The notes beneath the pieces were generated by a model, which saw nothing but the letters and a program-made list of their open reading frames with translations, did not search any database and had not been told where the DNA came from. Below, piece by piece: positions 28,709-38,244 of a DNA stretch of 43,257 bases. The position numbers were made by a program, and so were the translations under genes. Numbering within the stretch: position 1 is the stretch's first letter; each line of letters begins with the position of its first letter. Source of the DNA: Candidatus Fermentibacterota bacterium (GTDB lineage Bacteria; JAFGKV01); NCBI GenBank assembly GCA_016928395.1, contig JAFGKV010000072.1:1-43257 (forward strand). Reading direction: 5' to 3'.

Positions 28709-30610
28709 CTACTTCTGGAACATTCCCATGATGACGCGGCGGTATTTCTGCTGGATGACGTTTCGGCGTTTTTTAAGGGTATGGGTCAGTTCGTCGCCAA
28801 CCTTGAATTCCTCACATATCAACCGGAACTGCGAGATGCGCTCGAAGGTCTTGAACCCGTTGGCAGGTGAGATGAGATGCTTGACCTCATCCTGGAATAA
28901 CTCGATAACCTTGCGGTTGCCGATCATCTCATCCGGTGTCGTGGGGAAGCCCTTCTCTGGGGCGATCTTGGTCAGGGCATCGAAATCAGGCACCAAGATG
29001 GTCGCCAGGGCCCGCTGATCCTGCCCGACCACCACCGCTTGCGAGATGAACTGGCTTTCCTCCAGCTTGGCCTCAATGGGATAGGGCTCGACGTTTTCAC
29101 CACCCAGGAGCACGATGGTGTCTTTCGCCCTGCCCAGGAGCTGGATGTCGCCATGAACGGTCAGCCTCCCTATGTCGCCGGTGTTGAGCCACCCATCTTC
29201 GCTGAGCACTTCTGCGGTAGCCTCGGCGTTCTTGTGGTATCCCCGCATCACTTGGGGTCCTTTGACGAATACCAGGCCTTTGTGGCCTTGCAGCACCTGC
29301 TTGGACGGGTTCTCCAGGCTCCGGATCTCGACCTTGGTGAACGGTATGGGCGGGCCGACCGTTCGGAACATTGACTTGCGGGGGAGCCGCGCCGAGATCA
29401 CAGGTGACGTCTCGGTAAGACCATACCCCTCCACTATACGAAGCCCGACGGTATCAAAGAACTCATCAACATGCTGGGGCAAGGCGCCTCCGCCCGAGAT
29501 GGGGAGGATCATCCGGCCGCCCATTCTCCCACGAATTGTGGAGAAGACCTTGTGATTGGCGAAGCGGTAGAGGGGGGCCAGAGCGGTTACGACCAGCACA
29601 GCCTTGGCCAGGCGGAGGAACTGCGCCCAGGGTGGCAGCGGCGAGAATTGCGGGTCCCGACCCTCAATGACGCGCCATGACCGGCAGTACCACATGGAGA
29701 GCCGGAGCAGCGTGAAGAACAACCGTTGCTTGGACGCGGATTGCTGCCGCACATTGTTCAGGATCCCCTTGTACAGGCCTTCCCAGACGCGGGGCACGCT
29801 GGCAATGTAATGGGGCCGTAAGAGCTCAAAATCCCGCAGGAGGACCTGACGCAGTGGCTTGGAGTAGGCCAGGCTGACGCCGCTGGCCAGGATGATGTAC
29901 TCTACCGTGCGCTCGAACACATGCCAGGGAGGGAGGATGGAGAGGAAGATGTGCCCAGGCTTGATGCCGAAGTAGTCGGGCAAGACATCGACATTGTGCA
30001 TCACATTGGCATGGGTGAGCACCACGCCTTTGGGCACGCCGGTGGTGCCGGAGGTATAGATGATGGTTGCGACGTCGGCCGGTTTCACCTCGGCGGCGAA
30101 ATCCAGAAACTTTCGGGGGCTGATGGCCCGCTCTCTCCGACCGTTCTTCAACAGCACATCCAGTGGAATCGCATTCTCGGGGCCTCCGTGGTACTCCTCA
30201 TCCAGCACCACGATGGTCTTGAGATCCGGAAGCTCATCCCTGATCTTGAGCACCTTGGAGAGCACCGACGCATTTTCCACCACAACGACCTTGCACTCGG
30301 CGTGCTGGAGGATGTACGCCAGCTCCTGAACAGTGGTGTCGCTTCCTCGAGGCACGTCAGCGGCGCCGATGCCCAGGATCGCCAGATCTGTGAGAATCCA
30401 CTCGAGACGGTTGTCGCTGATGAGCCCGACATGATCGCCCGGCTGCACGCCGATGGACAGCAGACCGAACCCCAGGGCCTCGACATCCTCGCCGAACTGC
30501 CGGTACGTCAGGGAGGAGAATTCCTCCGCATCCTCCCGCACCATGAGAGCAGAGTATTTGGCGTGGGTTGTACAGGCGCCCAGGAACATTCCGATGATTG
30601 TACCTGCCAT
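28709..30610 (-). CDS. fadD: Long-chain fatty acid--CoA ligase (AMP-dependent synthetase)
   Basis: IIYTSGTTGVPKGV, EGYGLTETSP, WLNTGDIG, GRAKDTIVLLGGENVEP, ELTHTLKKRR. Confidence 0.92.
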   Translation of the reverse strand: MAGTIIGMFLGACTTHAKYSALMVREDAEEFSSLTYRQFGEDVEALGFGLLSIGVQPGDHVGLISDNRLEWILTDLAILGIGAADVPRGSDTTVQELAYILQHAECKVVVVENASVLSKVLKIRDELPDLKTIVVLDEEYHGGPENAIPLDVLLKNGRRERAISPRKFLDFAAEVKPADVATIIYTSGTTGVPKGVVLTHANVMHNVDVLPDYFGIKPGHIFLSILPPWHVFERTVEYIILASGVSLAYSKPLRQVLLRDFELLRPHYIASVPRVWEGLYKGILNNVRQQSASKQRLFFTLLRLSMWYCRSWRVIEGRDPQFSPLPPWAQFLRLAKAVLVVTALAPLYRFANHKVFSTIRGRMGGRMILPISGGGALPQHVDEFFDTVGLRIVEGYGLTETSPVISARLPRKSMFRTVGPPIPFTKVEIRSLENPSKQVLQGHKGLVFVKGPQVMRGYHKNAEATAEVLSEDGWLNTGDIGRLTVHGDIQLLGRAKDTIVLLGGENVEPYPIEAKLEESQFISQAVVVGQDQRALATILVPDFDALTKIAPEKGFPTTPDEMIGNRKVIELFQDEVKHLISPANGFKTFERISQFRLICEEFKVGDELTHTLKKRRNVIQQKYRRVIMGMFQK

Positions 30611-30798
30611 ATGCCCGTCACTTCAGGTTGTCTGCCACCCATCTCCATAATGTGCACCCCAGTGGTTGTGCGCAAGACCGCAATGGTGGACAGGACACAG
30701 GGAATGGCTCCGAGGGGTCAGAGTTTATTCGGGCCCCTGAGGGCGCACGCCGTCAGAGGCTTCGGGATTGAGAGCGTATGCGATGACGCTCTGCCGTC

Positions 30799-30824
30799 GT
30801 AGGGGCGACCGTCTCCCTTCGCCC
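30799..30824 (+). repeat. GTAG-type REP-like palindrome
   Basis: GTAG-GGGCGA-N10-TCGCCC in an intergenic region. Confidence 0.45.
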
Positions 30825-30954
30825 GCAAGGGGCTCGGGGACGCCATCGCTCTCGAAGACGATCATCCGCCTATTCGACCAGGAGACAGATTGCGATGGCG
30901 AGTGCCGTGGCATCGCAGTACTGCCAACGCTCACGCACGCCGGGCGTGGCATGG

Positions 30955-30992
30955 TGGATGACTGGAGGATTGGATGACTCGACCGATGGAGG
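30955..30992 (+). repeat. 8-bp TGGA-nnnn tandem array ending in the RBS of the SLT gene
   Basis: TGGATGAC TGGAGGAT TGGATGAC TCGACCGA TGGAGG; same unit as 9705-9740. Confidence 0.55.
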
Positions 30993-30996
30993 GGGT

Positions 30997-33141
30997 ATGA
31001 GAAGAATGAGATCGGGGGTTCAGGGGTTGATCCTGCTGATAGCCGCCGAGGGCCTCCTGGGGCATGCAGCCGCGGCTGCCCGTGATGAGGTCCGACGCTG
31101 GCTATGGCTCGGCGCGCGGCCGGATATCTTTCTGGCAGCATCTTCACTCTTGCCGACCCACGATGACAGCGTGCTTATGGTCTCGGTTCATCTTGCCACC
31201 GGAGACAGTGCCGCCGCCATGGGGTGGCTTCCCGCCCGCACCGACACCTCCCTGCCCGCGTGGGAGATTCTGGAAGCGCGGCGGCTTCTGCTGCTTCGTG
31301 CTGCGGGGGTTCAGGCCGGTGCCCAGCTCATGGCCCTGTGGCGACGGTTCCCCGCGACATCCGTCGGCCGCCAGTGCGCCTTGGCGGCTTTGGAGGATGC
31401 GCCCGGCCTTGAGGCGGTCGATGCCGTACGAGAGCAGACGGGTCGTTGGCCGGCGACCTACCGGGCCCGGGCCTGGCGTCTCATCGCTGCCGGCTATGAC
31501 GGGGCGGGTATGCAGGACTCGGCGGCAGCCGCCCTGTGGAGAGTGGTGGATACGGAGGCGGCTCCCCACGCAGGGGTCGCGGCGGAAGACCTGGCTAGAA
31601 GAATCGAAACCAGATCGCTGACGCCATCACGACGGTCGACTCTGGCCACTGCCCTTCTGTCTGGCGGAAAGCCCCAGGCGGCTCTGAGTGTCTTGCCGGC
31701 CTCTCCCGCCACCGATGCCGAGCATCTGCTCAAGGCGCGGTGTCTCCTGGCCGCGGGTCGCCGCAGCGAGGGGGTGGCCGTTTTGGGCCGGCTTTCTCGG
31801 CGCGGCACGCCCATTGCCGCCGATGCCTTGTGGTATCTGGCCACCCACCAGAAGCGGGTTGACGACGACAGCCTGGCCGCAACGACGTACTATACGCTGG
31901 TTCAGAGGTTTCCGAGCCACGCCCGGGCGCAGGCAGCGGCGTGGGAAGCCGCGTGGGCCTTCGAGCGCACGGGTCAGCTTGAGAAGGCGGGGTCAGTCTA
32001 CCGTGAGGGGATTAGGCGATGGCCGAGGGGGTTCAATGCCGACAATAGCCGGTTCCGCTGGGGTCTGGTAGCCTGGCGGTCGGGTGACGTTCGCGGTGCT
32101 CTGCAGCGTTGGACCACCACGTGGCCCTACCTCCGGGACGAGCGGGCCAAGGCGGCCGTCGCCTATTGGCGGGGAAAGGGTGATTTCGCACACGGGCGCC
32201 TCGATGAGGCGCGCCAGTGGTGGCGAGCCGCAGAAGAGGCGGGACCAGGCTCATTCTACGGGCTACGGGCTCAGCGTCGCCTCAGGGCCGGCGACATGCG
32301 AACCCGCGCTCCTCTGGTCTCGCCGCGACCTCCCAGGAATCTTGGCACATGGCTGCGCACCTGGACTGCCGACACACTGGCCGTTGCCTCGTCCGCGATG
32401 ATACGGGCGCGCACCCTCTACGCTGTCGGCTTTGCGCAGGACGCGGCAGAGGAGCTCTCCAAAGCCCTGGACGCGGCAGGGCGGTCGCCCGGCGCCATTG
32501 CTTCCGTGCTGGAACAGGCGAAGGACTGGGGGAGCCCCGCTATCGTAGCGGTTGCCGCGTCGCGCCTTGGCGAACGGTATCGATCGGCCACGGGCCAGGA
32601 TCCCCCGCGATGGATGGACCGGCTCTGCCTACCGGTGCCATTCCGCGAGACGCTGCTGCCCATCGCGAGAGAAAGCGCCCTAGATCCGTCTCTGGTCTCG
32701 GCGCTCATCCGCAAGGAGAGCTTCTATGACCGATCTGCGGTGTCCCGCGCCGGGGCGGTTGGCCTCATGCAGCTCATGCCTCGTACCGCTGAGGAAACGG
32801 CCCGGCTCGCGCCGGGGCTGGATCCCGAACGACGAACCGAGGTCGAGACTAATCTCAGGCTAGGATGCCTGCACCTGCGCTGGGTGCTGGACAGACACGA
32901 CGGCAACGTGGTTCATGCGCTGGGTGCCTACAATGCGGGGCCGGACCCCCTTCGCCGCTGGATGAGGGACCTTCCCTCCGGTGACGAAGAGCTTTGGGTG
33001 GAGTGCATCACCTACGGCGAGACCAGGTACTACATCAAGACCGTGCTCGCCTTCGCCTGGCGCTATCGCGAGACATGGCCCGAACTGAGGGGGAGTAATC
33101 CTTTCGAATCACTCCGTGTCAAAGAGCTGCACGGTTCCTGA
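30997..33141 (+). CDS. Soluble lytic transglycosylase (SLT domain) with TPR repeats
   Basis: GGAGG RBS before ATG 30997; TPR helices; catalytic IRKES, GLMQLMP, AYNAGP, ETRYYIK motifs. Confidence 0.92.
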   Translation: MRRMRSGVQGLILLIAAEGLLGHAAAAARDEVRRWLWLGARPDIFLAASSLLPTHDDSVLMVSVHLATGDSAAAMGWLPARTDTSLPAWEILEARRLLLLRAAGVQAGAQLMALWRRFPATSVGRQCALAALEDAPGLEAVDAVREQTGRWPATYRARAWRLIAAGYDGAGMQDSAAAALWRVVDTEAAPHAGVAAEDLARRIETRSLTPSRRSTLATALLSGGKPQAALSVLPASPATDAEHLLKARCLLAAGRRSEGVAVLGRLSRRGTPIAADALWYLATHQKRVDDDSLAATTYYTLVQRFPSHARAQAAAWEAAWAFERTGQLEKAGSVYREGIRRWPRGFNADNSRFRWGLVAWRSGDVRGALQRWTTTWPYLRDERAKAAVAYWRGKGDFAHGRLDEARQWWRAAEEAGPGSFYGLRAQRRLRAGDMRTRAPLVSPRPPRNLGTWLRTWTADTLAVASSAMIRARTLYAVGFAQDAAEELSKALDAAGRSPGAIASVLEQAKDWGSPAIVAVAASRLGERYRSATGQDPPRWMDRLCLPVPFRETLLPIARESALDPSLVSALIRKESFYDRSAVSRAGAVGLMQLMPRTAEETARLAPGLDPERRTEVETNLRLGCLHLRWVLDRHDGNVVHALGAYNAGPDPLRRWMRDLPSGDEELWVECITYGETRYYIKTVLAFAWRYRETWPELRGSNPFESLRVKELHGS

Positions 33142-33169
33142 TTGAACTAGCTCTACTCGGCACCCCAGC

Positions 33170-36100
33170 GTGAGGTTCCCCATGCGGCTGGTCATCGTTG
33201 CGCTTCTCGTGAGCGGCCCGCTTGCGGCATACGAGCTTCACCTGAACTGCGGAGGCCCCGGGTTCACTTCGCCGTCTGGGGTGCAGTTTTGCGCCGATGC
33301 AGACTACACGCCCGGCGGCGCCGGTTTCACGGGCGGGGAATGCCTGCCACCCGCGTGGGATCCCATCGGCGGCACGCCCATGCCGGAGCTGTACGCCACA
33401 GGCCGGACCGGCTTCGATGCCTTCCTCGCCGATGTGCCCAACGGCCTCTATGTCATGACCCTGCATCTGTGCGAACTGGAGAAGTTCGGCCCAGGGCTTC
33501 GCGTGATGGGTCTTGTGGCGGAAGAGTCGTTTCGTGATACCGTCGACGTGTTCGCCGCGGCGAACCATGCCTATGCCCTCAGACTTTGCGATACGGTGAC
33601 CGTGGCCGACGGGCAGCTTACCCTGCGTCTGGAAAGCCTCTACCGACCGAACATCCTTTCCGGCTTGGAACTGGTGTCGTGCAGCCCGGACACCAGTGCG
33701 CCTGCGATCCCCCAGGGGTTCCTCTCTCGCAGCAGCTACAGATCAGCCCTGCTCACGTGGGACCTGCCTCCCGAGGGCGACGCGGCGGGCATTCTGGTCT
33801 ATCGGCGGCATAGTGGCCAGGAGCAATGCATCACGGCGGCGCCTGTACCGGTTCCGTTACTGCTCGACCATGCCATGCCGGGTCCCGCGAGCTATGCTCT
33901 CTGTGCCGTGGATGTCTTCGGCAATGCAAGCTCTGCGACGGCATGGATGGATGCCCAGCCCATGCTTCCGGAAGACTCTCCACTTCCCGTGTTCGGGATT
34001 GAAGTGGATCCGGCAGATCTCGCCATTCTCCAAGACGATCCGTGGACCGACACCTATGTCCCGGCTTCGTTTGTAGCGGAGGGGGCCATCTATGATCCCG
34101 CGGGGCTCCGCTTCCGGGGCAATGTCGGGAGGCGGTTCACGAAGAAGTCATACAAGATCCGCCTGGAAGATGAGTTGTTCCAGGGTCGGGGAATCGTGAA
34201 TCTGAACGCCGATTACGCCGATTGGTCCCTGCTTCGCAGTGCATTGTCGTTTGACCTCTTTTGGCGCGTGGCCGTTCGGCCGCCAGAAGCACAGCATGTG
34301 CACCTCGAACTGAACGGCCGCTTCGCCGGGGTGTACCTTGACGTGGAACAGCCCGACGAGCGATTCCTCATCCGCACGGGGCGCGATTCCACCGCCAGTA
34401 TCTACAAGTGCAACGGCAACCTTGGCCTGCTGCCAACACTCGGGGACTATCAGCGCTGCTATGACAAGAAGACGAACACGGGCACGGGGCATGATGACCT
34501 GATCGCCTTCATTGAGGCGATCAACCTGAGCTCCACCCAGGCTCTGCCTCCACTGCTGCTGCGCGGCGTGGATGTAGCCAGTTATCTTCGGTACTATGCG
34601 GTGATCGTGGCAACGGCCAACAATGACTTCACGGAAAGAAACTACTACCTGGTCCACGACGGCTCGCGGGACCGCTGGGAGGTTATTCCCTGGGACCTGG
34701 ATCTGACCTTCGGCCTGGGGTTTCCCTTCGCCTTCGAGGAGATCTGCAACCCGCCCATCGATGTCGGCACCCTGGCCAGCCCCCAGTGCATCGGCGGTGC
34801 CAACATGCTGCTGGACCGGGTGCTGGCCGTGCCCGCCTTCAAGAGCTTCTACGCGCGGCAACTGGAGCACTTGCTTTCGACTGACTTCACTCCCTCCGCC
34901 ATGGCAGCCAGAATCGAGTCTATCCACGGTCTCGTCGCCCCGGATGCCATGCTCGATGTGCTGAAACTCGGCAGGGAGGACAGTACCCTTTTCACAGGGT
35001 CGAAAGAGGAGCTGGTAGACTTCGTGGCCATGCGCCATGGCTACCTTCTGGGAGAACTGGCGATCTTTGCCCCCCCGGAGACTCTCTATGTGTTCCTGAA
35101 CGAGGTCCAGAGTGACAATCACGCTACCGCGGCAGATGAGGCCGGCGAGTTCGACCCCTGGCTGGAGCTATGGAACATGAGCCCCGGCGCCGTGAGCCTG
35201 GCCGGATGGGAGCTTCGTGTGGACGACTCCCCATGGATTCTTCCCGACACTGCCGTCGGGCCGGGGGGCCACCTGATGGTGTGGTTGGACGGCGAGCCTT
35301 CCGAGGGAGCGCTCCATTGCCCGTGGCGGCTTCAGGCCTCCGGAGGCCACATCCGCCTGGCACGCCCGGGCGGTGGGGCTGTGGATACCGTCACCGTCGG
35401 GGGGGTCGGGCAGGACCTCTCGCTGTGCCGCACGCCCGATGGGGCTTCCGTCTGGCGGGTGGGTTCACCCACGCCCGGCAACGCCAACCCGCTGGTCACG
35501 GGCATGCCGCCTCTGGTGAGCGACCTCATTCATTCCCCGGAGGTTCCCCTCCCTAACGGCTCGGTGACCATCTCAGCCCGAGTCACCGATCCCGATGACG
35601 ACCTCGCCTCCGTGCAACTTCTCCTGGATCACGGCGCCGGATTCTATCCCTCACCCATGTACGATGACGGCGCCCATGGTGATGGAACCGCAGGCGACGG
35701 CATATTCGGTGCAATCATGGATGTGGTGGAGGAGGGACTTCTCGTACGCTATGTCGTTCGCGCCGAGGATAGTTCCGGAGCGGTCACTGTCTACCCGTCT
35801 TCCCAGGCTCCCGCCATGTTCGTAGTCGGATTCCCGGTGCCCGTGCTCCGACTGAACGAGTTCATGGCCAGCAATGCCGGCACCGTAGTCGATGACCGGG
35901 AAGAGTATGATGACTGGGTCGAGCTCCACGCCCCGGGTCCGGCCGGCATCGGGGACCTCGCCCTCTTCCTGACCGATGATTTGAGCAGGCCAGACAAGTG
36001 GCATCTCCCGCCTGAAACTGAGGTGGGACCCGGCGGATTCCTGCTCTTGTGGGCGGATGGTCAGCCCGAGCAAGGCCCCCTCCATATGCCGTTTCGGCTT

Positions 36101-36616
36101 GATGCCGCGGGTGAGGAGCTGGGGCTCTTCTTCGAGGCGCGGGGGATCTTCGTGCAGCTCGATGGCCTCACCTTTGGATCCCAGACGACCGATGTCTCCT
36201 TCGGCCGGTTTCCCGACGCCACCGGTCCGTGGGGCCAGACTGTGACCCCGACCCCGGGCGCTGCCAACGCACCCTTGGATGCTGGCCCACCGGGTGACAG
36301 CGTACTTCCGGTTAGCCTGTCCCTGGAGGCTGTGTGGCCCAATCCTGCACGGTCACTGCTGTCTCTTTGCGTCGGCGTGCCTCAGACGGGTCAGGTCTCG
36401 CTCCGTTTCTACGATCTTGCGGGCAGGGTAGTCTCCCGGCCATGGGACGGCGAGTTAGCCGCAGGCCGGCATACGCTGGTGGTTCCGGTGAACCTGCCGT
36501 CCGGGCTCTATGTGGCGGCGGTGCAGGGATCGGGAGGCCGTAGCTCGCGAAGGGTCGTCGTCGCCCCGGAGGCCGGGTTCCAACCTTTCGCGTCGTCTAA
36601 CCGTCTTACCCGGTGA
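33170..36616 (+). CDS. Secreted CotH-family kinase with malectin-like, FN3, lamin-tail and Ig-like domains and a T9SS-type CTD
   Basis: GTG start; LNCGGPGF malectin-like start; RFRGN..KKSYKI, NYYL, IPWDLDLTFG; two LNE...DW.EL..PTPG.AN lamin-tail domains; MYDDGAHGDGTAGDGIFG; WPNP..YDLAGR..SGLY. Confidence 0.9.
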   Translation: MRFPMRLVIVALLVSGPLAAYELHLNCGGPGFTSPSGVQFCADADYTPGGAGFTGGECLPPAWDPIGGTPMPELYATGRTGFDAFLADVPNGLYVMTLHLCELEKFGPGLRVMGLVAEESFRDTVDVFAAANHAYALRLCDTVTVADGQLTLRLESLYRPNILSGLELVSCSPDTSAPAIPQGFLSRSSYRSALLTWDLPPEGDAAGILVYRRHSGQEQCITAAPVPVPLLLDHAMPGPASYALCAVDVFGNASSATAWMDAQPMLPEDSPLPVFGIEVDPADLAILQDDPWTDTYVPASFVAEGAIYDPAGLRFRGNVGRRFTKKSYKIRLEDELFQGRGIVNLNADYADWSLLRSALSFDLFWRVAVRPPEAQHVHLELNGRFAGVYLDVEQPDERFLIRTGRDSTASIYKCNGNLGLLPTLGDYQRCYDKKTNTGTGHDDLIAFIEAINLSSTQALPPLLLRGVDVASYLRYYAVIVATANNDFTERNYYLVHDGSRDRWEVIPWDLDLTFGLGFPFAFEEICNPPIDVGTLASPQCIGGANMLLDRVLAVPAFKSFYARQLEHLLSTDFTPSAMAARIESIHGLVAPDAMLDVLKLGREDSTLFTGSKEELVDFVAMRHGYLLGELAIFAPPETLYVFLNEVQSDNHATAADEAGEFDPWLELWNMSPGAVSLAGWELRVDDSPWILPDTAVGPGGHLMVWLDGEPSEGALHCPWRLQASGGHIRLARPGGGAVDTVTVGGVGQDLSLCRTPDGASVWRVGSPTPGNANPLVTGMPPLVSDLIHSPEVPLPNGSVTISARVTDPDDDLASVQLLLDHGAGFYPSPMYDDGAHGDGTAGDGIFGAIMDVVEEGLLVRYVVRAEDSSGAVTVYPSSQAPAMFVVGFPVPVLRLNEFMASNAGTVVDDREEYDDWVELHAPGPAGIGDLALFLTDDLSRPDKWHLPPETEVGPGGFLLLWADGQPEQGPLHMPFRLDAAGEELGLFFEARGIFVQLDGLTFGSQTTDVSFGRFPDATGPWGQTVTPTPGAANAPLDAGPPGDSVLPVSLSLEAVWPNPARSLLSLCVGVPQTGQVSLRFYDLAGRVVSRPWDGELAAGRHTLVVPVNLPSGLYVAAVQGSGGRSSRRVVVAPEAGFQPFASSNRLTR
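36579..36606 (+). promoter_or_regulatory. ECF sigma-type promoter (CAAC-N17-CGTC)
   Basis: AAC at 36582-84, 17-nt spacer beginning CTTT, CGTCT at 36602-06; about 60 nt upstream of the anti-sigma start. Confidence 0.6.
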
Positions 36617-36664
36617 AGACCCTCGGGCACCCTCAGGGGCCCGAACTCACCGGAAGGACTGATC

Positions 36665-37300
36665 ATGCACGGCGATTGCGAACCCCTCAACCTGAACGAC
36701 TTCGTGGACGGCGCGCTGCCGCGCGAAAAGCGGCGGGAGATAGCGCGACATCTGCGGGTATGCGCCGAGTGCCGTGCTGAGGTGGGCTGGCTGAGATCCC
36801 TGCGCGCAGAGGTGCGGAGCATGCCAACGGCCCTGCCTCCCCGGCATGACCTCTGGCAGGGAATCCGAGCGCGCACTGCTGCAGCGCCACGGCGGCGGGC
36901 TGCGAGCATTCGTCTCGAGCGGCGGGTCATTCTCCACCCGGCGTGGGCATGGGCGTTCAGTGTCGGGGTCTGTGTGCTGTTCACCCTTATCGCCCCATGG
37001 AGCCAGGCCCCAATGATGGCATCCCGCCTCGTGGGCTGCGACGGCGGGAGCTTGGCCGGCTACGAGCCGGCGAGCGTCCTGGGCAACCGGCCTGCGGTTG
37101 AAGTCAAAGCGGTCATGTCCCGTCACATCGATATGGTGGACGACGCCATCGGCCAGCTCTTTGCCGCACTCCGGGAAGATCCGACGGATCTGAGACTCGT
37201 CCGCATGCTCCGCCAGGAGTTCCAACGCAAGGTCTCTCTCGTTCGAAACACGGCACGGCTCATGGATGAGATGGATGCCGCAGTACCCACCACCAGTTAG
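36665..37300 (+). CDS. Zinc-finger (zf-HC2/ZAS) membrane anti-sigma factor
   Basis: LNDFVDGAL..HLRVCAEC (HxxxCxxC); PPRHDLWQGI; one TM helix; helical C-terminal domain; AAGGA RBS. Confidence 0.85.
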   Translation: MHGDCEPLNLNDFVDGALPREKRREIARHLRVCAECRAEVGWLRSLRAEVRSMPTALPPRHDLWQGIRARTAAAPRRRAASIRLERRVILHPAWAWAFSVGVCVLFTLIAPWSQAPMMASRLVGCDGGSLAGYEPASVLGNRPAVEVKAVMSRHIDMVDDAIGQLFAALREDPTDLRLVRMLRQEFQRKVSLVRNTARLMDEMDAAVPTTS

Positions 37301-37310
37301 GAGGATTCCG

Positions 37311-38189
37311 ATGCACTTCAGAACCAGCCTCGCGGCCTTCGCCATTCTCGGCGTGTGGGGGTGCGCCGCTATGGCGGCTGACACGCCGGTCAACCTTAGC
37401 AAGCCAGCCTCACCAGACGGATCGGTGAAGATCGAGAATGTGGCGGGGTCCATCCGGGTTGTCGGGTGGGACATGAAGGAAATCAAGGTCACCGGCACGG
37501 CCGGCGAGGGAGTCGAGGCGGTCGACTTCACCGTCAGCGGCAGCCGGGCCACCATCGAGGTGAAGCTCAAGAAGGGCTTCAAGGGGAGCCGGGGCAAGGC
37601 CGATTTGGAGATCAGCATTCCCAAGGCCAGCGCGGTAGTGGTCGAGACCGTGAGCGCCGACATCGATGTGTCTGGGCTCGAGCGATCGGTGGATCTGGAG
37701 AGCGTTAGCGGGAGCGTCACCCTATCGGGGCGAGCTCGCGATGTGAAGGTCGAAACGGTGAGCGGCAATGTGACACTCAAGGGCGCCATCGAGAAGGTGA
37801 AGGCGGAATCGGTGAGCGGCACCCTGCGGCTGCAGGAGGTCGCGGGAGAGGTTGATGCCTCCACGGTGAGCGGCGCCATCGAGGTGTTGGGACGGGAGAT
37901 CACTGGCGCATCGTGCGAATCAGTATCGGGTTCGGTGGTGTTCGCCGGTCCGCTGACCCGCGGCAGCCGTTACTCCTTCGACTCTTTCAGCGGCAATGTC
38001 ACGCTCCGGCTCCCTGCAGACACCGATGCCGATGTGTCCATGTCGACGTTCAGCGGCAAGGCGGTAAACGAGATTCAGGGAACCAGAGTCTCCGGCAAGG
38101 ACGCCTCGTTCGTGCTGGGCGACGGCGGCGCCAAGGTGACCATCGACACCTTCAGCGGCAATGCCCTGATCGAGCCACTGACCCAGTAG
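37311..38189 (+). CDS. DUF4097 family beta-strand repeat (putative adhesin) protein
   Basis: AGGAGG RBS; signal peptide; VKIENVAGSIRVVGWD; repeated (E/S)(T/S)VSG.(V/I) units. Confidence 0.9.
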   Translation: MHFRTSLAAFAILGVWGCAAMAADTPVNLSKPASPDGSVKIENVAGSIRVVGWDMKEIKVTGTAGEGVEAVDFTVSGSRATIEVKLKKGFKGSRGKADLEISIPKASAVVVETVSADIDVSGLERSVDLESVSGSVTLSGRARDVKVETVSGNVTLKGAIEKVKAESVSGTLRLQEVAGEVDASTVSGAIEVLGREITGASCESVSGSVVFAGPLTRGSRYSFDSFSGNVTLRLPADTDADVSMSTFSGKAVNEIQGTRVSGKDASFVLGDGGAKVTIDTFSGNALIEPLTQ

Positions 38190-38202
38190 TCCTGTCGGCA
38201 CA

Positions 38203-38233
38203 GGAGGCTGGGAGCATTAGGCTCTCAGCCTCC
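38203..38233. terminator. Hairpin between convergent genes
   Basis: GGAGGCTGGGAGC-ATTAG-GCTCTCAGCCTCC, 13-bp stem with one G-U pair. Confidence 0.6.
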
Positions 38234-38244
38234 GACCTCTCTCG

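Noticed and set aside
30717-30733. GTCAGAGTTTATTCGGG as a further operator copy upstream of the acyl-CoA ligase
   Set aside because: Second half-site matches only 3 of 6 and there is no -10-like hexamer at the expected spacing
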